Source: a virus
Taxonomy: Duplodnaviria; Caudoviricetes
Reading direction: 5' to 3' (one strand)
Virus record (IMG/VR): IMGVR_UViG_3300027733_000059
Coordinates: 1-61,414 of that record
DNA length: 61,414 bases
Shown: positions 34,190 through 44,123 of the stretch, one piece after another
How the letters are laid out: every line of letters begins with the position of its first letter
Position numbering within the stretch: the first letter of the stretch is position 1
Notes under the pieces: generated by a model
What the model was told of the DNA's origin: nothing
The model's input: the letters and a program-made list of their open reading frames with translations, nothing else
Databases searched by the model: none
Translations under genes and position numbers: made by a program

Positions 34190-34654
34190 TGAGCAACTGG
34201 TCAGACAAAATCGTGGTAATCGGTGTTGGAATCTCAGATGAAGATGCCGAGAAAATTAAAGAAATAATTGTTGAAAAGGTTGATATCCAACCCCAGTTGT
34301 GATAAACTGGATTTGTTCTCAGAGAGGGGAATCAAATGATTAAGACTTGCGATGATTGCGGGATTGATTTCGACATCTTCAAAGAAGGTAACGGTCATCA
34401 ATTCTTCGTAGTTTGCGGAAAGTGCTGGACAACAGAACTTAAGCGCCGTGAAATTGGTGGCGTATTTACTAGAGGGGGTAAATAATGGCTCTTGCATTTG
34501 AAATTGAATACTTTCGATGGACTTGCGATTGTGGCAAACGCGGTAAGTTCTTGATTTTCAACAAGGCTTGCCAAGCGTCAGATAGACACATCAAAGAACA
34601 CGAAAGAAAACTTGAGTGGGGTTTTTCAACTAATTTATCACGGGAGGTTCAATA

Positions 34655-35029
34655 ATGGGGTGGGATGTAACTCAGGTAGGAAAAAACATATCGACCAAGA
34701 AATTTCTTGAATGGGACATCAAGCAAGAAATTGGCGATAACTATGAATTGCTTGCATTAGGCGAAGGCAAAAACGAACACGGTCAAAAGCCTTTCTATGC
34801 TGCGTTCAAAAGTAAGAATAACAACAGCGGAGCGGTCTTTGCGGTTGTTTACTTAACTAGACGTCGCAATGGCAGCATCGCCGTTAAGTCGGTAACTGAG
34901 GGCGCTGGTCCTTATTACTTCGACTGCCCAGCCAAGGTATTTAATCTTTTGACTGCAACAGATAATGAATACGCTCTCGAATGGCGTTCAAAAGTTCAAG
35001 CACATCTATCAGAAAAGGCGGTGGCATAA
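34655..35029 (+). CDS. Hypothetical protein (DUF6927-like)
   Basis: MGW...EGAGPYYFDCP...NEYALEWR; GGAGG RBS. Confidence 0.6.
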   Translation: MGWDVTQVGKNISTKKFLEWDIKQEIGDNYELLALGEGKNEHGQKPFYAAFKSKNNNSGAVFAVVYLTRRRNGSIAVKSVTEGAGPYYFDCPAKVFNLLTATDNEYALEWRSKVQAHLSEKAVA

Positions 35030-35443
35030 GTGGGATACACACATTACTGGACAATCAAGCAAGAACTCACACCTGCTCAATTCAAGGAGTGGACAGAGGG
35101 AGTCAAAGTAATCGTTGAAACTGCAATCGAGGCTGGGATTCCACTCGGCAACGGTTTGGGTTTTGATGCACCAAACATCGATGAGACTCTTGTTGCTCTC
35201 AATGGTGTCGGAGCGGGCGGACACGAAACTTTTGGAATCAGACTTGGTGACGAGGGATTCGATTTCTGTAAGACAGCCGAAAAGCCTTACGATTCTGTTG
35301 TTACTGCAAGTCTTATCCACGCAAAGAAAATCTTTGGAGATTCCATTGAAATCAAATCAGATGGCGACTGGAATGACTGGGAGGGTGGACAGTTGCTCTA
35401 TGAGACAGTTTTTGACATCCAGCCTGAAAGTGTCATCGCGTGA
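35030..35443 (+). CDS. Conserved-looking hypothetical phage protein
   Basis: MGYTHYW...HETF...FCKTAEKPYD. Confidence 0.7.
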   Translation: MGYTHYWTIKQELTPAQFKEWTEGVKVIVETAIEAGIPLGNGLGFDAPNIDETLVALNGVGAGGHETFGIRLGDEGFDFCKTAEKPYDSVVTASLIHAKKIFGDSIEIKSDGDWNDWEGGQLLYETVFDIQPESVIA

Positions 35444-35631
35444 GTGACGAGATACTAAATGACCTAGTGGATGAGTTTGGCAAGGGGATTCTCTCGTCAT
35501 CTCATCCACACAAAGGTTTAACTTTGAGGCAATGTCAGATTTTGTATAACAAGTATGGGCTTGTAAAAGGCAGCGAAATCGCTAAGAGGTGGAAAGAAAT
35601 TCAAAAGGCTAATCGTGGAATCACATCCTGA
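35440..35631 (+). CDS. Hypothetical protein
   Basis: 63 aa, GTGA-coupled. Confidence 0.5.
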   Translation: MSDEILNDLVDEFGKGILSSSHPHKGLTLRQCQILYNKYGLVKGSEIAKRWKEIQKANRGITS

Positions 35632-36226
35632 TTGGTTTAATGGAATTGCCTCCAATACATTCAAAGCGGTGCTTAAAGAATTCGCTGGTCTGCCGAATCA
35701 GCATTATCTTCAAATAGGGGCGTGGACTGGTGACGCCTCTGTTTGGCTTATGGATAATGTTTTAACCCACGAAACCTCTACCTTGACCGATGTTGATGTT
35801 TGGGATTTACAGATTCCCCCTAATTATATTTCTTTAGGCGGTTATGACCTGACAGAGATTGAAAAAGAATATGACCGCAAAACACAAATTTACGGCGATA
35901 AGTTAATTAAGGCTAAATCAACGAGCCATTCTTGGTTATCTCAAACTCACAATAAACAATATGACTTTATCTATATCGATGGCGACCACGCTGCAAAAGC
36001 CGTTCTCGTTGATGGTCTACTTGCCTGGGATTTATTAAAGGTCGGTGGGATTATGGCATTTGATGATTACCTATGGGAGCATCCAAGCGATATTAACCCA
36101 GGAATCGGCATTGATTTATTCTTAAAACTCTACGGCGATAAACTAGAGATTATTAAACTGTATTTTGATAAAGCAAACTTTGTAACTATGGACTATCAAC
36201 TTTGGCTAAAAAAGATTAGCGCTTAG
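35615..36226 (+). CDS. Class I SAM-dependent methyltransferase (Methyltransf_24-like)
   Basis: LQIGAWTGDAS; YDFIYIDGDH; LKVGGIMAFDDY. Confidence 0.85.
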   Translation: MESHPDWFNGIASNTFKAVLKEFAGLPNQHYLQIGAWTGDASVWLMDNVLTHETSTLTDVDVWDLQIPPNYISLGGYDLTEIEKEYDRKTQIYGDKLIKAKSTSHSWLSQTHNKQYDFIYIDGDHAAKAVLVDGLLAWDLLKVGGIMAFDDYLWEHPSDINPGIGIDLFLKLYGDKLEIIKLYFDKANFVTMDYQLWLKKISA

Positions 36227-36603
36227 AATCCTCGAGCCACCTGAAGTAAATCCGTAACTTTAATGAGATAGCCCTTTGAGTAATTAGGTGGAATCGAACA
36301 CTCAATCGGATGCCCGTGTTTTTCTACCGCTTGTTTCAACTGGGCGATAGGCACAATAAATGCCATCTCCTCCAGCACGAAAGCCCAATGCGTCGCCTTG
36401 CTTGTCTGTAGCCCCGATGGATACCACTCGGAATTGTTATCGCTCCAACACCAAACCTCGATATAAAGATTTCCAGTATTCTTCCAGCGCTTATCTCGTT
36501 TGACCTCAACAGTCTCAATGTTTAGTAGAGATTTAATATAGGACTCACCTTGCTGCCCATATCGTAAATCTAAATCAAAGTCAGAGCGCTTTACATCTCC
36601 CAC
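36223..36603 (-). CDS. PD-(D/E)xK-like nuclease-fold protein
   Basis: FDLDLRYGQQGE...VEVKRD...TGNLYIE. Confidence 0.55.
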   Translation of the reverse strand: MGDVKRSDFDLDLRYGQQGESYIKSLLNIETVEVKRDKRWKNTGNLYIEVWCWSDNNSEWYPSGLQTSKATHWAFVLEEMAFIVPIAQLKQAVEKHGHPIECSIPPNYSKGYLIKVTDLLQVARGF

Positions 36604-38189
36604 GGATTTACCTGTCCAATCGAAATAGGTGCAATGGCTGGAATAATATTTTTGTTTTCGTATACGGCGAGAAGTATTGCTTCGGCACGGTCAGGGCTAT
36701 GAACGCCACGCCGTTTCATATCAGCCTTGGCTTCAATTTGTATTCGACCTGAAGAATCAGACTTATAGGTTGGTCCTGCCAACTGTGCCAAAACTTGCCT
36801 ATCCACATCAAGGCGTAATTCTTGCTTATCGTCTCGAGGCTGCAAAAGAGTGCGAGCGTTCCACCACATCTCGGCTCTTTGATTCTTAAACTTGGTTTGG
36901 TCTTTTGGTTTCTCGGCTACATTGACCCCGATAATCAGCGCTCGCAATTGACGCTCTTTTACCCATCTATCCAATAGCGATACGACACCCCAGCCAACTC
37001 CAATTGTGTCAATCTTGACGCGAACCAAATCAGATAAGCCCCTGTCTTTATGAATAGCAACCGCTTTCTCAATCTCAGTCATAACAACACCCGCGACATC
37101 TACAGCGTTTGCATTGACCTTGCCTGAACTGCGGTGCAAAATCGATGCGACATAACCATCAGCCTTAGCGATAACAAATTCATCTCCACCATCGGATGCA
37201 ATATCCACGCCAAGTCGAATGATTGAACTTTCAACCATTTCTTCATTTTGTGTAGCCAACTCCGCCCAATGATAAGGAATTACTTTGCCCGTTCCCGTTT
37301 GTGGGAATCGTGCGTGAACACGGGCTTCGACGAATGGTGAATCTTCTCCGAATTCACTAATCACATCATCAACCCAGGTTTGGTCTACTAGGTGCGTTGC
37401 AACTGGATGCGCCTCAATATGGGATGGACAAGACCGACATTGACCAGTCTCCTCACCCGTAAAGTTTGGTGTTTCAAAAGCGCTAATCGGCAAGATGTTG
37501 TAAAGCGGACTCGCACAGATTCTTTCGAACCAGGATTGTTCTTGGTCTGTAGGCGGGTTTCCCAATACGAGAAGGCGTGTATGTCCACCCGTCATAAGCG
37601 CTTCAAGTGCGCCACCAATTTTGTCTGAGATACCACCAGCCTCATCGACCACAATCAAAAGGTGAGGTGCGTGAATACCCTGTACGGCTGCTTCGTTATT
37701 ATCGGCAGGGCGAAAACCATAGGCAACTACGGTGCCATCCATTTTCCACTCAGTAGTTAAAATCTCTCCAGGCAAGTCGTGGCTCGTATGAACTTTTCGA
37801 ATCTGCGCCCACATAATGTTTCGGACCTGTTTAAAAGTCGAGGCTGTTGTAATTGCAATCGCTGTCCCTGGAGGATGAACTGAAATCCACCAAGCAACGG
37901 CTCTTGCTGCTAAGTGAGATTTTCCAGGAGCGTGACAGGCTGGAACTACTGTTCGCTTATTCTCTCGAATTGAATCAAGAATCTCTTTTTGCTTTGACCA
38001 TAAGGTTTCCCCTAAGCCATCCTCGATAAATCCAATGGGGTCATTTTCCCATCTTGCCCACGGGTTATCCAACTCAGCATCAAGGATGACCGATAGCGCG
38101 TACTTTTCATCATCGGTAAGTGAGAGATAAATCTTTGTTCGCTCTTCAGGTGTGGCATTGAGAACGAGGTCTACGAGCCGTTCACCCAT
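36591..38189 (-). CDS. terL: Terminase large subunit
   Basis: Walker A HAPGKS; Walker B IVVDEAG; LGNP; nuclease LGVDIA...SPDRAEA. Confidence 0.93.
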   Translation of the reverse strand: MGERLVDLVLNATPEERTKIYLSLTDDEKYALSVILDAELDNPWARWENDPIGFIEDGLGETLWSKQKEILDSIRENKRTVVPACHAPGKSHLAARAVAWWISVHPPGTAIAITTASTFKQVRNIMWAQIRKVHTSHDLPGEILTTEWKMDGTVVAYGFRPADNNEAAVQGIHAPHLLIVVDEAGGISDKIGGALEALMTGGHTRLLVLGNPPTDQEQSWFERICASPLYNILPISAFETPNFTGEETGQCRSCPSHIEAHPVATHLVDQTWVDDVISEFGEDSPFVEARVHARFPQTGTGKVIPYHWAELATQNEEMVESSIIRLGVDIASDGGDEFVIAKADGYVASILHRSSGKVNANAVDVAGVVMTEIEKAVAIHKDRGLSDLVRVKIDTIGVGWGVVSLLDRWVKERQLRALIIGVNVAEKPKDQTKFKNQRAEMWWNARTLLQPRDDKQELRLDVDRQVLAQLAGPTYKSDSSGRIQIEAKADMKRRGVHSPDRAEAILLAVYENKNIIPAIAPISIGQVNPWEM

Positions 38190-38192
38190 TGT

Positions 38193-38705
38193 TTACCTCT
38201 TACGAATCGCTAGAACTTTTGCAATCTTATCTTCTAAATCGCCCATTTCAACTTGTACCCTAATTGGGTCGCCGTTGTTTCCACCGATTTCAAACTTCTC
38301 TGTCTTGCCAAACTCCTCGGGAACTTGACGCTCTAACCACCACGCTGCTGCTCGCCAATCTCCATCGTTACCGCTCTTTGCGATAACTGCAACCTTTTTA
38401 GTAATTGCCTCTGCTCTTGCTTGCTCAACTTGCTGTAAAAATTGCAAAAATACAACTTCAGTAGGATTAGATTTTGCGGTCATTGATAAAGATAAGCGCT
38501 CGCGCTCTGCCAATCCTCGACTCATCCAGTTGTAGAAAGTCTTTTCTGCTATCCCTGAAGCAGCAACCGCTTTTCGAACAGGTGTTCCAATTCTGATGTA
38601 GTCAAGGAGAGTCTGCTCCTTAGTTACATCAAGAAGGGCTGTCTTACGTCCAGCATTACTCTTAGGCTTTGGTGTTGGTTTCTTCTTTTCAACTGCGGTT
38701 GCCAT
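38193..38705 (-). CDS. terS: Terminase small subunit
   Basis: HTH (GIAEKTFYNW) and DWRAAAWWLER; directly upstream of terL. Confidence 0.8.
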   Translation of the reverse strand: MATAVEKKKPTPKPKSNAGRKTALLDVTKEQTLLDYIRIGTPVRKAVAASGIAEKTFYNWMSRGLAERERLSLSMTAKSNPTEVVFLQFLQQVEQARAEAITKKVAVIAKSGNDGDWRAAAWWLERQVPEEFGKTEKFEIGGNNGDPIRVQVEMGDLEDKIAKVLAIRKR

Positions 38706-38837
38706 TAAAATTCCATTCCGATATACCAAAATCCTAATTCGATATAAAAGTTATACTTTGAAATAGTGAAACCAACAGCAAGTCCGCCTGTGCGTCCATA
38801 TACGAGCCAACGCTTACCAATCTTTTTCTCCATAGGT

Positions 38838-40022
38838 TTATTCTACCTCTATCGAACAGGCTTCAACTGGCACACCCAATAACTGCGCGATGTCTTTCCA
38901 GTTATAGATGGCATTAGCCCATTCATTCAAATCTTCACTATGAACTCTCATCGAGTGTTCGCCAACTCGGATTGTAGAACGACCAACAGGAATATGACCA
39001 GGCTTGGATTTTCCCCCCGCGAGAATCTCAGCCACCTCTTCAGGACTAAACCCTGTTCCCTTAAGATTTGTTGTCGTGAGAAGTTTGTTCAACTCCTGTG
39101 GGTCGTAGGTTGCAAGGTCGCTGGTTCGATTATCAACAATGAGGATTTTAATTTCCTCAATCTCATCAACATCAATCCAATGAACTGCAATCTTTTCCCA
39201 TCCTAATTGAACTGCGCCTTGATATGTGTGATTTCCCGAAACTATGTGTCGCGTCCGCTTGTTAGCCACGATTGGTCGATATTGACCCATATGTGTCAGG
39301 GACTCGATAATCGAGCCTATATCGCCCTCACGCGGGTTAAGAGGGTGAACCTTTATCTCATTGATGGCAACTGTCTCAACATCCTCGGCGCTGGTCTCGC
39401 TTTTCTCACCGTTTGGCTCAGCCTCAACTGGCTTACGCTCAGGAAAACCAAGGCGCTCTTTAATGATTTTGATGGCTTTTTGTTTTGTCGGTGCCTCGGT
39501 GTATAACTGTTCTTTCCACGCTTTGTAGGCATCCATCTCGATTGAGAACTTCCAGGCGCCAATCTTTACTTCAGGGTCGCTAGGTAAAGGCTTAGAGGCA
39601 ATCGAACTCTTTTCCTCACCGTTTGTCAGCCTGTCTAAAGTATCAACCTCCGATTGAGTAAAGCCCGTGCCATCCAACTCAGGCAAGGCTTGAAGCAAAC
39701 TCTTGAGAAGTGGCTCGTTATATCCTGCAAGGTCAGTTAATCGATTATCGGCTAGAACTATTCTTCGGGCTGTTGTTTCATCAACTTCGATGTAGGTGAC
39801 TTTGATTTTCTTCCAGCCCAGTTTTTTTGCAGCCTTGTAGGTGTGATTACCCGCCAAGATAAAATTCGTACCGTACTGGATAACAATAGGGCGATACTGC
39901 CCGTGGGATTTGAGTGATTGAGCAATCGCTTCAATATCGCCACGACGAGGATTTGTCGGATACGCCTCAAGGGATGAGATAGCAACTGAGGCAACTTGTC
40001 CAACTTTTATCTTCGCTTTCAT
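38838..40022 (-). CDS. Tandem ParB/Srx-like domain protein
   Basis: Two homologous halves: NPRRGDI..GQYRPIV..AGNHT..ADNR and NPREGDI..GQYRPIV..SGNHT..VDNR. Confidence 0.85.
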   Translation of the reverse strand: MKAKIKVGQVASVAISSLEAYPTNPRRGDIEAIAQSLKSHGQYRPIVIQYGTNFILAGNHTYKAAKKLGWKKIKVTYIEVDETTARRIVLADNRLTDLAGYNEPLLKSLLQALPELDGTGFTQSEVDTLDRLTNGEEKSSIASKPLPSDPEVKIGAWKFSIEMDAYKAWKEQLYTEAPTKQKAIKIIKERLGFPERKPVEAEPNGEKSETSAEDVETVAINEIKVHPLNPREGDIGSIIESLTHMGQYRPIVANKRTRHIVSGNHTYQGAVQLGWEKIAVHWIDVDEIEEIKILIVDNRTSDLATYDPQELNKLLTTTNLKGTGFSPEEVAEILAGGKSKPGHIPVGRSTIRVGEHSMRVHSEDLNEWANAIYNWKDIAQLLGVPVEACSIEVE

Positions 40023-40321
40023 TAGATAACTTGTTTTGCTGGTCGCCCTCGGTAACGAATCACTTTTCCGTTTTCATCATATTTCGGAGTGCGGTCAATA
40101 TCATCCTTGATGATTTTGTAAATCAACTGCTCTGATACTCCCATTGCGTCAGCAATCTCACGATATGTGATGCGCTGTTTGCGTAGACGGAGAATCAACT
40201 GCTTGCGTCTTTTGCCTAAATCTTGAATCTGTGATTGATGAGTGCGAATAGCATCAGTCAGAATTTTTACCTCATCGAGACCTTTACCGTCTAACTCCGT
40301 TGCTTCCATTACTGTTGTCAT
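40022..40321 (-). CDS. HTH DNA-binding protein
   Basis: TYREIADAMGVSEQLIYKII. Confidence 0.8.
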   Translation of the reverse strand: MTTVMEATELDGKGLDEVKILTDAIRTHQSQIQDLGKRRKQLILRLRKQRITYREIADAMGVSEQLIYKIIKDDIDRTPKYDENGKVIRYRGRPAKQVI

Positions 40322-40524
40322 TCTGTTACTCCCTCTTCGAACAGGCGTTCGACTGCTTCATCGAATTTAACTTTCTTTTCAATGTGATTGGCTGTTGCCA
40401 AAAACTCTAGTGTGTTTTTTGATTTTGACTTGTCGTAGGCAATGAACATCGCTAGATAAAACGGAACAATAATTAAACCTGCGAAAGCGAGCGCAACTGC
40501 TGTCCAAAAGAATTCTGCGTTCAT
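40318..40524 (-). CDS. Small membrane protein
   Basis: N-terminal TM; ATGA-coupled on both sides. Confidence 0.6.
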   Translation of the reverse strand: MNAEFFWTAVALAFAGLIIVPFYLAMFIAYDKSKSKNTLEFLATANHIEKKVKFDEAVERLFEEGVTE

Positions 40525-40931
40525 CTAAACTTCCTCTCTTTTTCTACCCCTCGTATGTAAAGAACCAATGAATTTTTATCATTCTTTGGTGGTAAATAAA
40601 TTAACGATTTCACATACTGTGAAGAGTCGTCAGGTAAAACTCCTGCATCTACGATTCCATCAATTGCTGCCTTGACAGATGGATTACACGCCCCCACATC
40701 TTGAAGGCGCCCACCTTTCTGATGAGGTTCAACTGTGACAGTTATCCAAGACATAGGAGGTATCCTCTCACTTTTAGCCAAAAGTTGAAAACCGAGTCTC
40801 CACTCTTTCGTAAGACTTGCTCTCTCCCATCTGTTCCCAGCGCGTTCAGCGTTGGTCGTCCAAGGACGCTGGTTGAACTCAAGTCGATAAACGACTTGTT
40901 CGGCTTCATCAATCTGACATAAACATTCCAT
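40521..40931 (-). CDS. RusA-like Holliday junction resolvase
   Basis: QDVGACNPSVKAAIDGIVDAGVLPDDS. Confidence 0.75.
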   Translation of the reverse strand: MECLCQIDEAEQVVYRLEFNQRPWTTNAERAGNRWERASLTKEWRLGFQLLAKSERIPPMSWITVTVEPHQKGGRLQDVGACNPSVKAAIDGIVDAGVLPDDSSQYVKSLIYLPPKNDKNSLVLYIRGVEKERKFR

Positions 40932-40934
40932 TGC

Positions 40935-41321
40935 TCAAGCATCAGAGCGTTCATCTCTAATGTCAAATTGCTCCTTATGACCTGAATTGTCTATTTTCCA
41001 CCATTTGCCCGAATTGTCCTTGAATGGTATATCCTCGGCAGATTCAACTTTCATAATCAGATAACCCAACTCACGCGCTTTGTCGCGATTGGATTCAACC
41101 CAGCCGTGACATCCCGTAGTTCCCGAGCCACATAATGCGATGAGGTTGGCTGGTTGATGAAGCAACTCATTCTTCGAGCCTCCCATCATCCGTGGTCGTC
41201 TATGGTGAACTGATACGCCCCATAAAAAGTCCTCGCCACACTTTTCGCATTTGTATCCGTTACGCCCTAAAACTGTGAATCGGGTTTCATCACTAACCTT
41301 TGCAGGTCTAGGTTTAGCCAT
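40935..41321 (-). CDS. HNH endonuclease
   Basis: CEKC...HHRRPR...NLIALCGSGTTGCHGWVE. Confidence 0.85.
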   Translation of the reverse strand: MAKPRPAKVSDETRFTVLGRNGYKCEKCGEDFLWGVSVHHRRPRMMGGSKNELLHQPANLIALCGSGTTGCHGWVESNRDKARELGYLIMKVESAEDIPFKDNSGKWWKIDNSGHKEQFDIRDERSDA

Positions 41322-41420
41322 TGAAGTCTCGAGTCCGCGATGGCGTCCAGGCAAGCAGGGCAGACCTTTGCGCTCGTCTGCGTCGCCACCTGTAATACCA
41401 ATCGACAAATACCAATATCC

Positions 41421-41813
41421 TCATAGGTCAGATGCCAACTTCCCATTATCAGTTTCCAATGAAGCATCATTCCCCTTATGTAACTTTTTGCGAATCTCTT
41501 CTAAATATTTTTGTGCATCCTCGTATGACAAAGCCTTTTGCTTTGCTTCCTCGAACTCACGGGTTATCGCTTCACCGCGAAGGCGTTCCTTTTCTGAAGA
41601 AACACGAATTCGCCAATGACGATTGAGGTGACTGGGATTGATTGCTTGGTCCGAATTAGCGTAGTGCCAAGAAACAATTTTCTTTGCTTCATCTAACGGC
41701 ATATCAAAATCCAGGGATTCTGCCCACGCACGGACCTTTAATTCATCGACTTGAACTCGAAGGTCATAGATGCCCACATAGCCGAGAAGCAGGGCGATGT
41801 CAGGAAGATTCAT
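41421..41813 (-). CDS. Replication accessory protein (helicase loader/inhibitor-like)
   Basis: Follows the initiator; IALLLGYV..DLR..AWAESL pattern. Confidence 0.5.
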   Translation of the reverse strand: MNLPDIALLLGYVGIYDLRVQVDELKVRAWAESLDFDMPLDEAKKIVSWHYANSDQAINPSHLNRHWRIRVSSEKERLRGEAITREFEEAKQKALSYEDAQKYLEEIRKKLHKGNDASLETDNGKLASDL

Positions 41814-42516
41814 TGCGTAGTTTCTCCGATAACTCGATTGCCCTAATTGCTCCACTTTCGTGCTTGGTCTTAACTCCCACTCCTCTGAGAACTAAATCCA
41901 TTTGACGCATTGTAGGAACTGTCCCGATGTAATCAAGTGCCAACTCAATCTGCTCTTCGCTGTAGCCCCGCACTTCGGCTGCCTTTGTTATCTGAAGGAG
42001 GGAGTGCCACGCCCCTTTACCTAAAGGTTTAACTCTTTGCTTTTCCCACCATCGTTTAGCAACTACCTCAGAGAGCGCGACAACTGCGACAGCAGTTTCG
42101 TCGCTCTTTGTTGTAGATAGGACGGATGTATAGGACGGATGGTACGGAGTGGAGTTGGGGAGTGAGACCTCCAAAGTTGGGGAGTGAGGGGTATCTGAGT
42201 TGGGGAGTTCGTCATCTTCAATGGGTAAAGCCTCCCCAACAGAGTTGGGTAGTTTTTTCCACAAAAGTTGATAAGTCGTAGCCTTACCTCGAGAATTTCC
42301 CTTGCTGATTATTTTGATGTGTCCCTCTTCCACCATCTGATTGATGACTTTACGGACATACTCGATAGAGCAACGACCCTTCGCAGCCAACATTTTTTGG
42401 GATGCGAAGAATCGTCCATCGTCGTGAGAAATATCTGCGAGTGCAAGATGAATTAAAAGTCGAGTCCCGTCATAAGGTGAATCGGACCAAACTTTTGTTA
42501 TCCATCTGATACTCAC
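41800..42516 (-). CDS. Replication initiator (N-terminal winged HTH)
   Basis: RLLIHLALAD...FASQKMLAAK; internal iteron-like repeats. Confidence 0.75.
   Translation of the reverse strand: MSIRWITKVWSDSPYDGTRLLIHLALADISHDDGRFFASQKMLAAKGRCSIEYVRKVINQMVEEGHIKIISKGNSRGKATTYQLLWKKLPNSVGEALPIEDDELPNSDTPHSPTLEVSLPNSTPYHPSYTSVLSTTKSDETAVAVVALSEVVAKRWWEKQRVKPLGKGAWHSLLQITKAAEVRGYSEEQIELALDYIGTVPTMRQMDLVLRGVGVKTKHESGAIRAIELSEKLRNESS
42153..42253. repeat. Iteron array / probable replication origin
   Basis: AGTTGGGGAGT at 42153, 42175 and 42198; AGTTGGGTAGT at 42243; inverted CTCCCCAAC at 42232. Confidence 0.7.
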
Positions 42517-42872
42517 AAATTACCTCCGCAATGTGGGCAACATTTATTGCGCCCTTGTTTTTCGATGACCCGATTCTCAACCCAATTTAATCCCACATAG
42601 ACTTTACATCCATTACGAGATTGTTTGAGTCTTGCAATGCGACCCGCTTTATGGAGAACGGACAATACACCCGAAGCGGTCCCGTGGTGAAGTCCAGTTA
42701 TCAAACTGAACTCTTTCCAGGTAAGACCTTGTTCGTAAGTTGCATTGAGCAACTCAAGTGCTTGAGCCTGACGCATAGCGGTCTTTCCTGACCTGTCTGC
42801 CTCAATCGCCCGAGCCTTTGATGTATCTGTTCCGCTATGTCCTGAAGTTTGGTCGTAAGGCAACTCAGGCAT
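42513..42872 (-). CDS. HTH-containing hypothetical protein (start uncertain)
   Basis: GLTWKEF..LHHGTASGVLSVLHKAG; C-terminal CPHCG. Confidence 0.6.
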   Translation of the reverse strand: MPELPYDQTSGHSGTDTSKARAIEADRSGKTAMRQAQALELLNATYEQGLTWKEFSLITGLHHGTASGVLSVLHKAGRIARLKQSRNGCKVYVGLNWVENRVIEKQGRNKCCPHCGGNL

Positions 42873-43560
42873 TGACAGTAACGATTGGCTCCTCTGTTGT
42901 TGTCTCATTGGTGTCCTCTTCCAATTTAGGTACGATGATGTTTGCTTGACGCTCTTTGAACTTGATGCGAAATTGCTCAAGCAACTCAGCGCTGTATCCA
43001 TCTTTGTTTGTGGTGATGTACTGACCGATTTCAGCAAGTGCATCGATAGTCGTCGCCTGTGCAATCTTGGTTAAAACAGCACTTGGCGCTATGACATCGG
43101 CTGCACTTGAACGCTCGTAACTCGATGAGTCAGGGTCAGGTTCATCTGTTGGAAGCGCCAGCGCTTGAAGTAATGCAGTTCGAAAAGCCACGGACATTGC
43201 CTTAGCCGTTGCCTTGTCTCCAGCATCCATCGCCTCGCCTACAACCGTGGTCTTGATTGAGTCCCCACTTGCACCAATGAATGTGTAAGTGACTTTTATT
43301 TTGACGTGACCCATTGCTGTTCGATTGCGTCCAATTTCAACCGTTGCATATTCGTAATCCTCAACTGAAGGAACAACGATTACGCCGTGCTTTTGAAGTG
43401 CTGGAGATACTGCATTGACGACTGAATCAATCCCGCGGAAATTAAATCCTTGAGATGTGTTTTTGTCTTTTTTTGCAATGGCTCCAACTTCTTTCATAAT
43501 TGCGTTCATTGCCTGAGCAATGGGAAGTGCTGTTTGGTCTGACATAAGTTCCTCTCTCAA
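42865..43560 (-). CDS. ERF-family ssDNA annealing protein
   Basis: FNFRGID...GEAMDAGDKATAKAMSVAFRTALLQ. Confidence 0.85.
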   Translation of the reverse strand: MREELMSDQTALPIAQAMNAIMKEVGAIAKKDKNTSQGFNFRGIDSVVNAVSPALQKHGVIVVPSVEDYEYATVEIGRNRTAMGHVKIKVTYTFIGASGDSIKTTVVGEAMDAGDKATAKAMSVAFRTALLQALALPTDEPDPDSSSYERSSAADVIAPSAVLTKIAQATTIDALAEIGQYITTNKDGYSAELLEQFRIKFKERQANIIVPKLEEDTNETTTEEPIVTVNA

Positions 43561-44123
43561 TCTGCTATTACAAATGAAACTGAAGTCTCGGCTGGAATAA
43601 CTCGAACCGATGGGACAATTTCGCCTTGGGTTGATATTACATCACCTGAATCGGTAAGTAAACTATTTAGAACCTTTTTGTCGATTTCTTTTTTAACGCG
43701 AATCAACTCAGGTTGGCTTGCTTCTGCCCACGCGAGGAATTTTGACTCATCCTCAATTTCAATCTTTGGGCGACCCGCCGTTGTTTTGATTGTTCCGTGG
43801 GGCAGGACTACTGATTTCCGCCCGTTGTAGCGCTCTGTGAGCGCGTATGGCTTGAGGTTCGACTCAAACCATTCAGCATCTCTCTCAAGGTCTGTATTGA
43901 CCTTCTCAAGCCATTCTGCGACTCGTAATACCTCACGGTCATAGATGGCTTTGTTGTCGGCTTGCTTACGCCGTAGGGATGCAAGTTTACGCATCGCCCA
44001 GTCAGCCTTTGAATCATCGCTGATTACAAAAGCCTCGCGAGTTGGTTCTTCGATGATTTCAAAATCATCAATTGGTTGTACATCTGACATAGTTGTTCTC
44101 CTCTCATCCGAGAGGGTACACAA
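43557..44123 (-). CDS. Mu Gam-like host-nuclease inhibitor (probable start MSDVQ)
   Basis: ADWAMRKL coiled coil; KSVVLPHGTI; IRVKKEIDK. Confidence 0.7.
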   Translation of the reverse strand: MCTLSDERRTTMSDVQPIDDFEIIEEPTREAFVISDDSKADWAMRKLASLRRKQADNKAIYDREVLRVAEWLEKVNTDLERDAEWFESNLKPYALTERYNGRKSVVLPHGTIKTTAGRPKIEIEDESKFLAWAEASQPELIRVKKEIDKKVLNSLLTDSGDVISTQGEIVPSVRVIPAETSVSFVIAD

